From the NCBI GenBank assembly GCA_964016885.1, contig OZ024742.1, positions 18,662,001 through 18,726,000 of the forward strand: a stretch of DNA of 64,000 nucleotides, read 5' to 3'. This document shows, in pieces, positions 38,874 through 53,781 of the stretch (position 1 is its first letter; every line of letters begins with the position of its first letter). Position numbers and translations under genes: made by a program. This DNA comes from Eledone cirrhosa. Lineage: Eukaryota. The notes beneath the pieces were generated by a model. That model was not told where the DNA came from. It did not search any database and saw only the letters and a program-made list of their open reading frames with translations.

Positions 38874-39059
38874 ATTAACACTTAGAATCTAATATTCTAT
38901 CATACTATTTCATTATAATACCATTATAAATTTTAAAGGATTGTAAATAAAACGAGTAAATCAGACAAAGTTGGAATTCCTCTTATTAATATAATCTTCT
39001 ATACACAATCATACACACCCGTGTATATTTCTCTCTCTCCCCCCCTCTCTCTCTCTCTC

Positions 39060-39164
<105 letters not shown>

Positions 39165-39230
39165 ATACTTTGGGAGGGTCATAAACGAAATATATATATA
39201 TACATATATATACATATATATATATATATA

Positions 39231-40022
39231 TCAGAGTGAGTTTCTTGGTCAGTGTCCAAGTCTCAGACCCGTGCAGCATCACATACTCCACTACAGCAAC
39301 GAAGAGGCGGATCTTCAATTCTTCACGAAGCACCGACTTCCACACCGATGCCAAACTGTGGTACGCCGCCAAGGCTTTGCTCTTCCTCTCGACCACATCA
39401 TCTTCCGTATTCCCAATTCTAGCGGCTTCCCGCCTACATTAGTAATCTTCTGTGGCTTCTTAATATTCTCTACCAGATATTTTTTCTTAATCTCATTCAT
39501 TTTCAGCTCCACACTCATCGACACCTTCACTGTGTTTGTCAGCAAAACTATGTCGTCGGCAAATTCAGCATCCGATATCTTTTTTACCTTAACTCTCCTG
39601 CTCTGAGCCGGTGTTACAGTAAAGCCAGAGTCATGGTGTTTCTCCAGCGCAAGAAACTCACTCAGATGGTGGATGGGTGTTAGACGAGAATGTTGAGGAT
39701 GGCTCTGAACATTAATCAGTATACACTGAGGATGAAGAACTCAGAACTGTATGGAAGCCTCCCAAAAGTCAGCTCAAAAGTGATACAGAGGAGGCTGAGG
39801 TTAGCTGGACATGCTCACCGACATCCAGAGTTGACACTGCACTCAGTGCTCCTGTGGGAGCCCCTGCATGGACACACTGAAAGAGGAAGACAGAAGTTAA
39901 CATATGTTGATGCCCTAAGGACAGACACTGTTCTGTTGGAGACGTAGGACATGGCAGAGATAATGAGGAACAGAGACCGCTGGAGAGAACTCGTCCATGG
40001 ATCTCGGTAATTTTACCCGCCC

Positions 40023-40024
<2 letters not shown>
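39231..40024. mobile_element. RTE-like LINE insertion with 5' inversion
   Basis: Minus segment 39231-39649 (EFADDI, KIRLFVAVVE..HGSETWTLTK); plus segment 39650-40024 ([23 protein letters not shown]). Confidence 0.85.
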
Positions 40025-40099
<75 letters not shown>

Positions 40100-40133
40100 G
40101 TATATATATATATACATATATATATATACATAC

Positions 40134-40203
<70 letters not shown>

Positions 40204-40221
40204 GTATATATATATATACAT

Positions 40222-40832
40222 ATGGTGGCTGCCAACTCGTTTTCGAGTACGGCCACTACTTTATATCCATGTAGGAGAACCCCTACCGATGCGCTGAACG
40301 AGTGTGACTTTTTAGTCCAGCCAGCGACTTGAAAACTCTGGTACAAACACTACACTTGTGACAATTACTGACACATAGTGCTGGGCCCATGGTACCATGT
40401 GACGACAAGTGCAGAGAGATCTCCAGATATAAAGCAATGCCTGTGCCGTGAAGCTTTTATAGTGAGCAAAGGCACTGCACAAAGCCAGTCCCACTCTCTT
40501 AACCAAGATGATATTTACCAAAAAGAAGAACAAGTCAACATCATTGGATACCATCAGGGTTGCAGGTGTTATATCAGAGTTTTCCTTCTCCTAGAATTCT
40601 GCCTTGACAAAGGCTAAGGGGTCATCCCTCCCGGTGATTTTGGATGGCCATTGACTCTTAAGAGCTCCTTTTCCCTTTGACAGGTTTTGTTTTTAGTCCT
40701 GCAGGATGTCCAAAGTCACCCTCCTCACCAAGAAACCTTGGTGGGGTTGCCAGTTTAGTCGCCAACGACCCGACCATGGGACAGGTTGTACTGGGATACA
40801 TGTTACCAGTAGCACCAACTGGTGACCTGACA
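40222..40832 (-). mobile_element. Probable RTE LINE 5' UTR / start fragment
   Basis: GGCGACTAAACTGGCAACCCC and CTAGGAGAAGGAAAACTCTGA motifs resemble RTE 5' regions (from recall); between (TA)n tracts. Confidence 0.45.
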
Positions 40833-40842
40833 TAATACATAC

Positions 40843-40965
<123 letters not shown>

Positions 40966-41078
40966 TATATATATACACACATATATATATATACATACAT
41001 ATATATATATATATACATACATACATATATATCAAAATAAAGATCCGAAGGCATAGTATAAATTTCCAATCATTTTAA

Positions 41079-41152
41079 TCACGACACATGTTTCAATAAG
41101 AGATAGATCGATCATGTAGCCATGATCGATTATCACTGATATCGTCAGGTGA
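41079..41152 (-). ncRNA. Type I hammerhead ribozyme with extended stem II
   Basis: TCAC-CTGACGA-T..GATA ATCGATCATG GCTA CATGATCGAT CTATC..T-GAAA-CATGTG-TC-GTGA. Confidence 0.78.
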
Positions 41153-42969
41153 AAATGAATTGTCTTCAAATCCTTGATATGAGGGAGAAAATTAACGATG
41201 TTCACTCACAGAGTTTAGTCCCTCATATGAAGATCAAGCAGTCAAAACACGGCGACTTCTATCGTCTTCAGTTAGGGTCATAAAACTATCAAGTCTCTAT
41301 CTCTCAATAGCTGTAAAAGACGCTGGACATCGATCAAATCTGTAGAATTACAGTCGGTCACAGTTAATGTGAGTGGGTACACAAATTCACACACACCGAC
41401 GCGAGGTCAAAGAAAAAATATATACATATACCAACATAGCATCAAATCTGTAGAACTATAGAGGGTCACAGTTAGTGTGAGTGAGTACACACACACTCAC
41501 ACACACCTACACGAGGTTAAAGAAAAAATACAAATATACCAACATAGTATTCACCGAAAGTTAGTTTACAAAACAACAAATGTTATATTGGTCAAATCTC
41601 AATTTGACGATGTAAATTGGAAAAATTGGGTCAACCGCAACCCTATACACACGCAAGTAAGTTCAGTTCAATGTTCTGCTATACGTGTATAGATTGAATT
41701 GTAACATCCGTATCTCCAAATAGTGTATGTTTTGGTATATACACATCCGTATCGTCCAAAAAAGTGTATGTTTTGGTATATACACATCCATGTGAAGAGC
41801 AAGTAGTCAGCTCATATCGAACTCAGTATGTGCCGTTATCCCATTGAGAATCTGAGTCCCCAAATCTGTGCGTGCAAGAAACCGCTATGTAGGCCACCAA
41901 GGGGCTCTGTGTAGGGTTGGGTATTTGGGCTAAGGTGTCAGTATGTGCGTTTTCCCGTCATTGGGCTTTTAAGATAGGTGTTTGAGTGGTGGAGGTGTGT
42001 TATCCAACACAAAAATAAAAATAAAATAAAATAAAATAAAATAACAAAGAATAGCAAAACCCAGAGGATGTGTGTAAGCCCATTAATGGTGTGTAAGTAT
42101 TATTGTCCAATCTGTAACAGTGAACACTCCATGGTTAGATGATCACGGATCAAAACCTAGTGTAGTGTTCAATCGATAGGAACGTGACCAGTCATAACTG
42201 TGGGAACTCCGTGTCTAAAGAAACCGGGTACTATGTGTAGAGTTATGTATAGAGAGCGTAATCGGTCTTAACTGAGTGAGTAATACGTCTAGCTATATCC
42301 TAACCGAGAGAACTCAATGGTTAGGGTATCCTAAAGTAATGGTGAATGCGCGTAATCGGTCTTACCTGAGTGTGTAATCATTCTAACTATTTACTAACTA
42401 GGTATTCTAACGTGCACTCAGCTGTGAGAACTCTGTGGAAACAGACCGAGTACCGTTTGTAAGTGCGCAAACGATCTTAGTGTGTGATTGTCTGTTTTTT
42501 GCTATTTGAGAGAACACTATGGCTAAGGTAGAGAGGGAGGAGTTAGTGGTAGGTTACTTTCCAAAAATCCTGCGGAAGGTTTTCGAGGTTCTATATTGGC
42601 AGTTGCTGAAAAAATCCGCTCTCCTATTGATTAATAGGGGGCCGCCTCTAATAATATCAAAGGTTTCAGCTATACATAAATTACAGACGCCCGTACTGCC
42701 GTTATATGGCTGGGCTGAGCAAATTATGGACCAAGATAAGGAGTGCTCTATATTCGGTTGTTTAAGCTTCCAGACTAATTCAGAAAGCGCCGTGCTATTT
42801 TTTTATCTAATCTATTAAAGGTATGGCGGTGATTATACCATCTATCCTTAAATTCAGTAGCAGTTGCCCCAACATACCTGAAGGTTCTAGCTAAAGTGGA
42901 GACCTTAATATTGCTAACAAAAACTTATTGGACCGTATGACACAACCAATAATACACCTTACTATATAA

Positions 42970-43064
<95 letters not shown>

Positions 43065-43175
43065 CATATATACATACATATGTTTATATATATACATATA
43101 AATATATATACATACATATGTTTATATATATATATATATAATATAAGATCAAAAGATAGTTAAAAGAGTTCCAAG

Positions 43176-43249
43176 TATTTTATTATGCGCATTTCAAAAA
43201 CAAATATCATCTTGTTGGGATGATATTTGCGTTCTCATCAGATAAAATA
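43176..43249 (-). ncRNA. Type I hammerhead ribozyme, family D
   Basis: TATTTTAT-CTGATGA-GAAC GCAAATATCATC CCAACAA GATGATATTTGT TTTT-GAAA-TGCGCA-TA-ATAAAATA. Confidence 0.85.
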
Positions 43250-43281
43250 GGGAAACACTTGTGAGCAGTGAAGTTTTAAAT

Positions 43282-43341
<60 letters not shown>

Positions 43342-43693
43342 CAGAGTAATGCAACAATAACTAATGTTTAATATAGGAAATATATTTTACTGTTTCTAAT
43401 TGATTGTTCTCAGAGACATTTTTATATTTCAAGTAGAAATAGTCAAATATTTATGTTTTATTATATAGACAAAAATACAAAGCATTGATGATGTTATGAT
43501 GGTAGCGATGACAACCACAATGATACTGATATCCATGATGATGATGATGAGGATGACGATGATGATGATGATGTATTAGTGATGATTCAGATATAATTCA
43601 TCGCGTGACATTACATATATATATATGTATATATATATAAATGTATGTATGTGTGTGTGCGTACATACGTGTGAATGTATCTATGTAGACTTA

Positions 43694-43729
<36 letters not shown>

Positions 43730-43746
43730 GTATGTATATATATTTG

Positions 43747-43785
<39 letters not shown>

Positions 43786-43897
43786 CGAAGGAAATTTGGT
43801 AAGGAACCAGGTGGACCATAACGCACCAAAGTACTCAATACTGTCCAGAATTAGCCGTCGAAACGGCTTGAGCTCAGCCGTCGGGGTCTTTCTGGTT

Positions 43898-43949
<52 letters not shown>

Positions 43950-43969
43950 TATATATATGTGTATATATG

Positions 43970-44028
<59 letters not shown>

Positions 44029-44052
44029 ATATATATGTATATATATATGGTA

Positions 44053-44083
<31 letters not shown>

Positions 44084-45384
44084 GAGAGAGAGAGAGAGAT
44101 AGCGTGTGTGTTCAGTATTATTTGAGATGTCCTAATTTGCTTAGATTAAAATTCTAATAATACATTTTCGTTTCATTTTTTATATTTAATTTCATCCGAT
44201 TATATCTTGAACCAATCGTTTTTTTACAACTGATTATTCCATATTCTACAGTGTAATGTTAAATAAAAGTTCTTTTAATTGAAAAAAAATCAATATTCTT
44301 AAAATTGCTCAGCAGTCGAAAATATTTTAATTTTTCAAATTAAAGCACCATTTTATTGTATATATTTGCAATCAGTATCTCGTATTTTTTACTTTGATAT
44401 TTCATTTATTTTTTCTATTATTTACATCTCATGTATGTATGAAGCCATTTGGAAATGTAGATGATTATTTAGACAAATCTTATTAATATGGCTGAAAATT
44501 GAATACTAGTTTCGCTTGTTTTATATATTCATGGTAGGGGGCCTATATCCTATAATAGTACCTAATTAGAACCAAATTAACATTTGATAGGGATTCAAAC
44601 GACTGTGACAAAAACACAATAGAATATAATAATGATAATAACTGTAATAATAAAAAAAATGTAACCACGAGTGATTGCAAAGAACGCAATTATGACGATG
44701 GTAGCGGCGAATTAAACAATTGCAACAAAACTATATCTCCTGACAACACAATGATGTTCGCCTCATACAACGGGTCTAAAAACATCTAACTAATAAAATG
44801 ACAAGTCATTCAATCATATTGGTGGCCTCCCCACAGCCTCGGTGGACAGAATAGAGAAGGCGTTTCGCCGGAGGACGGCAAGGGAGACGCGCTGGAAAAG
44901 CCATTCCTACTCGCGGGGCTCACACTTGCGGCTAGACAGCTCAGCGCCTATGGTGGGGAGCAGGGAGGTAGCCCTAGGGCCGAGGATAATTACATCCATA
45001 TATCAACAGATATCGAAAAAAGTTTAGTTTTATTGATGGTGTATGATAAACACTTGTTGAATAGGGCTTAACAGAAGTTCCTGCTTTGATAAATGTTTTT
45101 TTTTTATTTACTGATGTTTGCTACAATGTTTTGTAAGGTGAAATAATATTGGATACACATTATATACAGAATAGGAGAAGGTAATATTACATGGTGAACT
45201 GATCTTACATGGATATTATGGATTACATTTTAAGAGATTCTGACATTTAAAATTAATTTAACTTGCTGTATTCCGTGTCATGACTCTCTATTGTACGAAA
45301 CTGGGAAGATGGATGATGGATATAATTTTGTGGCAAATAAGCTGGAACAAGCGTATCAAAGTTTAAATTGTATAGCGTGTAATA

Positions 45385-45945
45385 ATTGTTTCTACTTTTG
45401 GCACAAGGCCAGCAATTACACAGTGCATTACTGGTACTTTATTTTATCGACCCTGTAAGGATGAAAGGCGGGATTTGAACTCAGACCATAAAAGACCGTA
45501 ACTCTAGAACTACATACATTTTCCAGTCAAGGAGTCTACATTGTATCTTCTTTAGTTCTTATACTTGCTTTTGCTCTCTATGGATCACTGGGTAATGAGA
45601 GATCTCCATTCCACACGGTCGTAAGCTTGTCGAGTCTCTTTTCTACATTTGTTCTTGTGTTGCCACACTTTAGTACCACATCTACGGTAATACAAGCCAT
45701 AAACACCGGTATTAGCTTTATGAGGGAGGCACAGCAGTAACCACGCTTCTTTAACGGAGTTTCCATTGTATAGGGTGTTCTAATAATAATTGTCTCTACT
45801 TTTGGCACAAGGCCAGCAATTATCCCAGTGCATTACTGGTACTTTATTTTATCGACCCCGTAAGGATGAAAGGCACAGTTAACCGCGGCAGGATTTGAAC
45901 TCAGACCGTAAAAGAGCGCAACTCTATGCCGATACTGCCATCCAA
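45385..45945 (-). mobile_element. Two SINE copies (Meta/MESC-like) flanking a unique ~270-bp spacer
   Basis: 45385-45507 and 45788-45930 are direct homologues with B box GAGTTCAAATCC on the minus strand. Confidence 0.75.
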
Positions 45946-46195
45946 CGCCCATATAATAATCATAATAATGAACTATGAACATTTTCCTTTAATGTTAAGA
46001 CTATGATTCCTTTATAAGACAATTTAGACTACATAGACTACACCATTGATAACGATGTATATCAGTAAAATCACCTAAAGTCCTACTTGTTTCCCAAGAA
46101 AGGAAGAATACATTGGATAATGTAGTACGTTGGAATATTTTTGTTATCATAGGCTAATTTGAACAGAGCTGATTTTATTTTAAATATCAACATAA

Positions 46196-46196
<1 letters not shown>

Positions 46197-46226
<30 letters not shown>

Positions 46227-46316
46227 CTTCTTCTTCTTCTTCTTCTTCTTCTTCTTCTTCTTCTTCTTCTTCTTCTTCTTCTTCTTCTTCTTCTTCTTCT
46301 TCTTCTTCTTCTTCTT
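46197..46316. repeat. (TTC)n microsatellite; another at 47092-47208
   Basis: Direct reading. Confidence 0.98.
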
Positions 46317-48223
46317 TAAAAGCTAGTCCCTATCCTTAAAGATGTTGTACACACACCTTTCGTCTCTACTATCTGTATCAAGGCCAATTGATATTAATTC
46401 TAATATTAAATCTAACCAGATCATAATTAACTTATAAAATATAGATATTTCCCCAACACAACAGAGCTCTTTAGTTTGATATTTGTGATTCAAAAGAGTG
46501 ACCAGTTTTATATTAGGTCTTCTCAAAAGCATGTCCAATCAAAATTAATCTTTTCGAACGTAAATTGCTATAACCGTAGAAAGCCTGCAATTAGCCGTTC
46601 ATTATTTATTATTTGTGGCAAATGAACTTCAGGTGCAGATTGTAATGAAGAACAATGTCCAGACAAACACAAAGAACACATAAAATTAGAACATCAATAA
46701 CTGGATTATACTGAACAACGAAGGTAGATTCACCGACATAGCAGGCGAAGATCAACACCACATTGCTTGTTTGCTTGCATGTATAAACAGACCTAGCAAT
46801 GGTATAAACAGCAGCTTGTCAGGACACTTCAGAACAGTTTAATTATTAAGTCATTGCATGTCAGAATACATGTATGTTTGGTCAAACATAAGGTGGATAC
46901 ATGCAATGTTTGGACCAATGGATTCATGGAAAGTACCCTGTCAATTAGAGGACAATATTCAGATAGGAAACGTAAAGCAAGAACAACTCAAGGGTTGTAT
47001 ACGTAACAAGTTATATAGTTCAGTTCCAGGTGGAGGAAAATATCTTGAGCTGTATTTTATGTGAAACTTGCAGCTTCTTTGTTATTGTTGTTTCTTCTTC
47101 TTCTTCTTCTTCTTCTTCTTCTTCTTCTTCTTCTTCTTCTTCTTCTTCTTCTTCTTCTTCTTCTTCTTCTTCTTCTTCTTCTTCTTCTTCTTCTTCTTCT
47201 TCTTCTTCTCTCACTTATTTTTGAGAGGGTTGTTGGGAACAGAGTCCTCAAACACTCCTTCTAGTGGATCTTGTCAGAAGCAACAGTCTCCAACTGATTT
47301 GGCTGAATCCCCAAGCGTGACCAGTCAAGCTCATGGAGGTTATCCAACCATCTTGTTCGGGGTCTACGCTTGGGTCTCTTGCCGGTTGATTTTGGCTGTA
47401 AAATCTGTCCAGCGATTTTTTACTGAGACATTCTAACCACATGCCCATAGTATCTAAGCTATGATCTCTCAATTCGAAGAAGTAGCGGCTCTACCCGGAG
47501 TGACTGTTAGATCTTCGAGCTACGCACTCTAGCTTTCTTGTTAATTTTATTTAATAACCGATTTTCTTTTACTGGAAACGTATGTTTCCATATATCACCA
47601 AAGCTATGACATATGAAACTGGAGCAAAACCAATCAACAAAGATGGTAAAACGATACGAAAAAACATAAGAATAACAGAAAAAACATTTAAAATTCGACA
47701 CGGAATGCGCACTACTTTCTTTAGTTATAATGCAACAGCATTTACCAAGCACGTACGCTGCTTAGTAAAGAATTGGAGTTGATAATATGTATTGTTTTGA
47801 AATAGAATACATCAACTCCAATATGAATGTCAGTAAGCTAATGTATTGTTTGACTACTTTATTCAAAATATAGTTTTATTTTCCTTAATCATTGCTATCT
47901 AGAATATTCGGAATATTTCTTTAGATATAATCTCTTGAACACAAACGAAAGTATAAGCAGCTGACTTTCGTTAATATTTTACGCTTCTTTTGTCGCTAGA
48001 TCTGGAAAATCTATTGTTATGTTAGAATTATTTTATTCTTTAGAAATGTTTCTACTCTTCTTAAGCTGGAGAAGGATGTTTCATTATTGCAGGTAGTTTT
48101 CAGTCAATGATAAAATAAGACTATTTTCAACTTCAATAATTAATGCTGAGTTTACTGTTACAATTGAAATTTTGAAGAATGATACTCTCCCCTACCCCAT
48201 CCTTTTACATATGCTCTTATAAA

Positions 48224-48267
<44 letters not shown>

Positions 48268-48323
48268 ATATATATATCACATAAGAAACGGAGAATCAGT
48301 GTTGCAACGAATAACATTTATTA

Positions 48324-48418
48324 GACATATTACAATCGTTTCTCTGGCGACTAGCTCGAGGCACGATCGATGTAATGATCGAACCTGACTCTGAAATCGC
48401 AAGGTCCTCAGATACGTC
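48324..48418 (-). ncRNA. Type I hammerhead with ~62-nt stem II
   Basis: GACGTAT-CTGAGGA-C CTT GCGATT..CGATC..GATCG..AGTCGC CAG A-GAAA-CGATTG-TA-ATATGTC. Confidence 0.75.
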
Positions 48419-48524
48419 TCGATTCTACGAAGCAGAGTTTCCAAATGTCCAGTTACACCCGCGGCCCTCACTCGGCAGCTTAGATCCTGTTGTAATTCTA
48501 TGAGTGGTCAAGAATTGTACACGT

Positions 48525-48561
<37 letters not shown>

Positions 48562-48571
48562 TGTATATATA

Positions 48572-48687
<116 letters not shown>

Positions 48688-49173
48688 CACGTATGATACG
48701 ATTATTAATTGGTTGGACTATTTCAAAGTATTTTAGTTTCATTTAATTGAAACTGACATTTGTACCTAAATTTAATTCTTCAACACACGAATATGGATAA
48801 TATTGCTATGTAAGCATATATATGTATATATATGTATATATATATATACATATATGTATATATATATATATACATATATATACCTTGCTTATTTTAACAA
48901 TGATAATTTATGGATTTTTTCCTTGGTATTTGAAACAACTGTATAGGATTAGTTTAAGTATAATTAGTAATTTAAGTAAATTTTTTTATATATTCTGATT
49001 GCTTTTGTACCTGTTATATGTGTTATATTATATTATATAATTATTTTGTTTTCTGTAATATTCTTGTATAAGTAATCTCTTGAATGTTTCTTTCGAATCT
49101 TATTTCCATTGAGCTTTTACAGAACAACGAATTCGAGATGTTTTTATTTCGATTTACATATATACATATACAT

Positions 49174-50700
<1,527 letters not shown>

Positions 50701-51672
50701 TTTCACTGTTTTAAATTGCCTTGTCTGACGTTCAAATACCACCTAGGTTAACTTTACTTTTCATCATCCCGGGGTCGATAAAGTTAAGTACCAGTTAAGT
50801 ACTGGGGTCGATATATTTCTTTTTCACCCAATAGCTTGCCTTGTGCCAATATTAGGAGGAAAGAATTATTACAATAAACCAGCTACTTGTAAGATATTAT
50901 ATAAAGGCCGTTAGATTGGCAGTATCGGTAGAGTTACGGCCCTTTACGCTCTGAGTTGAAATCCTGTCGCGGTCAGCTTTGACTTTCATCCTTACAGAGT
51001 TGATAAAATCTAGCACCAGTAATGCACTGGGGTCGATTTAATCAACTTTCCCCTCCTCCAAAATTGCTGGCCTTGTTCCCTTAAGTAGAAACAATTATAT
51101 AAGGAAGACAATGGATATAAATAATTTATTATTTTGATAACTTTCAGACAATAAGAACTGTATAGTCTTTGATTGGCTGCTGTACAATGTAACTATGTTG
51201 CTACATCAAACTGAACTGGTTTCATTGAATATTTCTGATAATGTCATCTTATTGTTTCTTTGTCACTTCATTGATATAACTGAACTGACATCGCTATTTC
51301 TAATAATGGACAATATTATCACAGAGATTAGCATTTGATCACATCTATTTCTTATTTCTCTCTGTGACTCCTTTAACATATATTTATATAACTACACACT
51401 GACATCTATACTTAGAAAAGCGGATCATGTATTCTTCGAGAATCTTAATCATAAATTTCTCCAGTCACCTATCACCAGAGACCTAAATTCAAGGTAATGA
51501 TACATTTCTGTTTAATTTATAATAATTCATTGTCTCTTTATATTCATAAATGTATTATACTGTATTATAACTCTGAGTACGCAGTAGGTATTATAATAAA
51601 CTAAACTCTTAATATAAAGGTCGGATATCTATGTTAGCAAAACACATTTGCAGATATTCACTCACCACACAA

Positions 51673-51702
<30 letters not shown>

Positions 51703-51709
<7 letters not shown>

Positions 51710-51900
51710 ATATAGAACGGCTTCTACAGGACTAGAACTGTTTCATTCGGGAGAAATCATCAGGGCTTCCTGATGATTTCTCCCGAATGAAACAGTTCTA
51801 GTCCTGTAGAAGCCTTTCTATATTAAATATTTATACTCTGCTTTGTATTGAGTACCTTACTTACTGTGGTTACCCCTGATTGAACCCGGGATAAACTTAT
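51703..51900. mobile_element. Palindromic solo-pLTR element, family A, in (TA)n
   Basis: Arms 51703-51764 and 51769-51830; tail 51831-51899 homologous to 18208-18273. Confidence 0.88.
51763..51814 (+). ncRNA. Type I hammerhead ribozyme, family A
   Basis: GGCTTC-CTGATGA-T TTC TCCC GAA T-GAAA-CAG TTCTAGTC CTG-TA-GAAGCC. Confidence 0.9.
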
Positions 51901-52002
51901 ATATATATATATAATCTGCGATGCCGAGACTGGGGAGACCACAAATCAGAGTAGTTCTCTGTGCATGGGAAAGAGCCTAAACATATTGTTTCATATGGAA
52001 AT

Positions 52003-52050
52003 GGCTTCTATAGGACTAGAACTGTTTCATTCGTATGAAATCATCCGGAA
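52003..52050 (-). ncRNA. Degenerate hammerhead, family A (core CGGATGA)
   Basis: Loop II ATAC; core U4 mutated. Confidence 0.55.
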
Positions 52051-53114
52051 TACCCATTCCTGATGGTTTCATATCCTTGATGGGTTCGATTCTTCCTCTA
52101 TATCTCTTTCTCACTTCCTTTCTTTCACTCTATCCTTCTTTGGAAGAAATCTGTTGAATTTAGATCTGGAGAGAGATGGGCGGCGCCAGGTTTGAAACGC
52201 TGTCAATATGGCGCCCCTACGACTCCCTCGGGAGTTACGGGACCATGCATTCAGTTTTGTTAATCTAATCTATATGTAAATGGAATGGACATATGTCGGT
52301 TTCAACGATGACTGTTCCAGCTGCTCAATCAATGGAAAAGCTTGCTTATGAAATTAATGTGTAAGTGGCTGAGCAATCCAAAGACATATGTTCCCTTAAC
52401 GTATTTCTGAGGGAGAGTCAATGTGAAGAGGTGGGTCTTTGCAATTAGAAGTACAGTCCATCTGGTGCGCTCCCAAATAATTCCTATCTACCTATAAGGC
52501 ATAGGTCGATCTGCACAAAATAGCACGCAATGGAACTGGACTCTGAAACTAATGATGACGAAAGGAATTCTCTAACCATTCAGCCATGCTGCATCCACAG
52601 TTATACTAATATACATCTTTTGTTGATGAGCGAAAGAAAGAATAATTGAGAAAATGATATCAGAATTGGGGAAATATGACATAAAAAAAAGCCTTACTAA
52701 ATAAGTTGTTTTAAATCATTCAATATTTAGCTTTAAATAGAAGTAATTTCTCTGAATCGATTGATAAAATATATTTTACGATGTTTGAATCAATATCACA
52801 AAGTAATAAAAATAGATGTTTTTTTATATTTATATTGCCGAAGACGAAAATGTACTTTTAATATTTTCTTCTCCGTTATTTCTATATTTAATGTTGATTT
52901 CCAATTAGCTCGCTTCATTAGGGTTTACCTTTCAAGTATTAATTAGGTTTTCTAGCAGTTAGTTTTTCATCAGACCTAATTATATTCATTTGTTCTCTGT
53001 CCCACAACAAATCATTTCTACAATTCATTTGGAGATTGTCTTAAATATTACCCGCTAGAGAATCACGAAAAGGTCACAACTTTTAACATTTTCCTAACTA
53101 CTTATATGTATGTA

Positions 53115-53199
<85 letters not shown>

Positions 53200-53265
53200 A
53201 AGGTTTAGCAAATAAGAAAAAGTTTTTAAATAAATTTCAAAAAATTCACTGTAATTACTATGGTT

Positions 53266-53370
53266 ACCTTTACCGAACGGTTTCGAGTCACAAAAATAAA
53301 TGGATAGTCCACAAAAATAAATGGATAAATGAATGGCCTCCATTGAAAAGATAAACTCTCGTCAGAAGGT
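53266..53370 (-). ncRNA. Type I hammerhead with ~74-nt stem II domain
   Basis: ACCTT-CTGACGA-GAGT...ACTC-GAAA-CCG TT CGG-TA-AAGGT; internal duplication of CACAAAAATAAATGGATA. Confidence 0.8.
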
Positions 53371-53489
53371 TCTTTTCACTCGGAGAATATCAAATTCCCG
53401 AGTTCGAATTACGAACTGGCACTATTCAAAATTGTTCCCGAGATGAGAATGAATGATGTGGAAGCAATTCTGTCCAGTGCCGTGTACAA

Positions 53490-53576
<87 letters not shown>

Positions 53577-53744
53577 GACAGGGGGGAAGAAAAAATGGCT
53601 TCACTTGTGCTTTCAACAAATTTATTTTCTTCACAAAATCCAAAAAGAATTTTTCTTAAAAAAATTATTTTATAAATTAAGTTGTTGGTTGTTGGTTAGG
53701 TCTTAGGAGTTCTTGGTTAACGTAGTAGGTATTGTTTCGTTTTT

Positions 53745-53781
53745 AGAAAGACCTTTCACGCTGAGGTGCGCTTGTCAAACT
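53745..53781 (-). ncRNA. Hammerhead-like motif with U3-A8 core (TTGACAA); second copy at 61756-61792 (+)
   Basis: AGT-TTGACAA-GCGC ACCTCA GCGT-GAAA-GGTC-TT-TCT; weak stem I. Confidence 0.5.

Larger units (their letters stand above)
38643..38984. mobile_element. Near-perfect ~160-bp inverted repeat with 22-nt spacer and hammerheads on both strands
   Basis: Arms 38643-38802 and 38825-38984 differ at about one position. Confidence 0.92.

Noticed and set aside
47020-47264. Poly-E/S/R/L/F ORFs
   Set aside because: (TTC)n microsatellite
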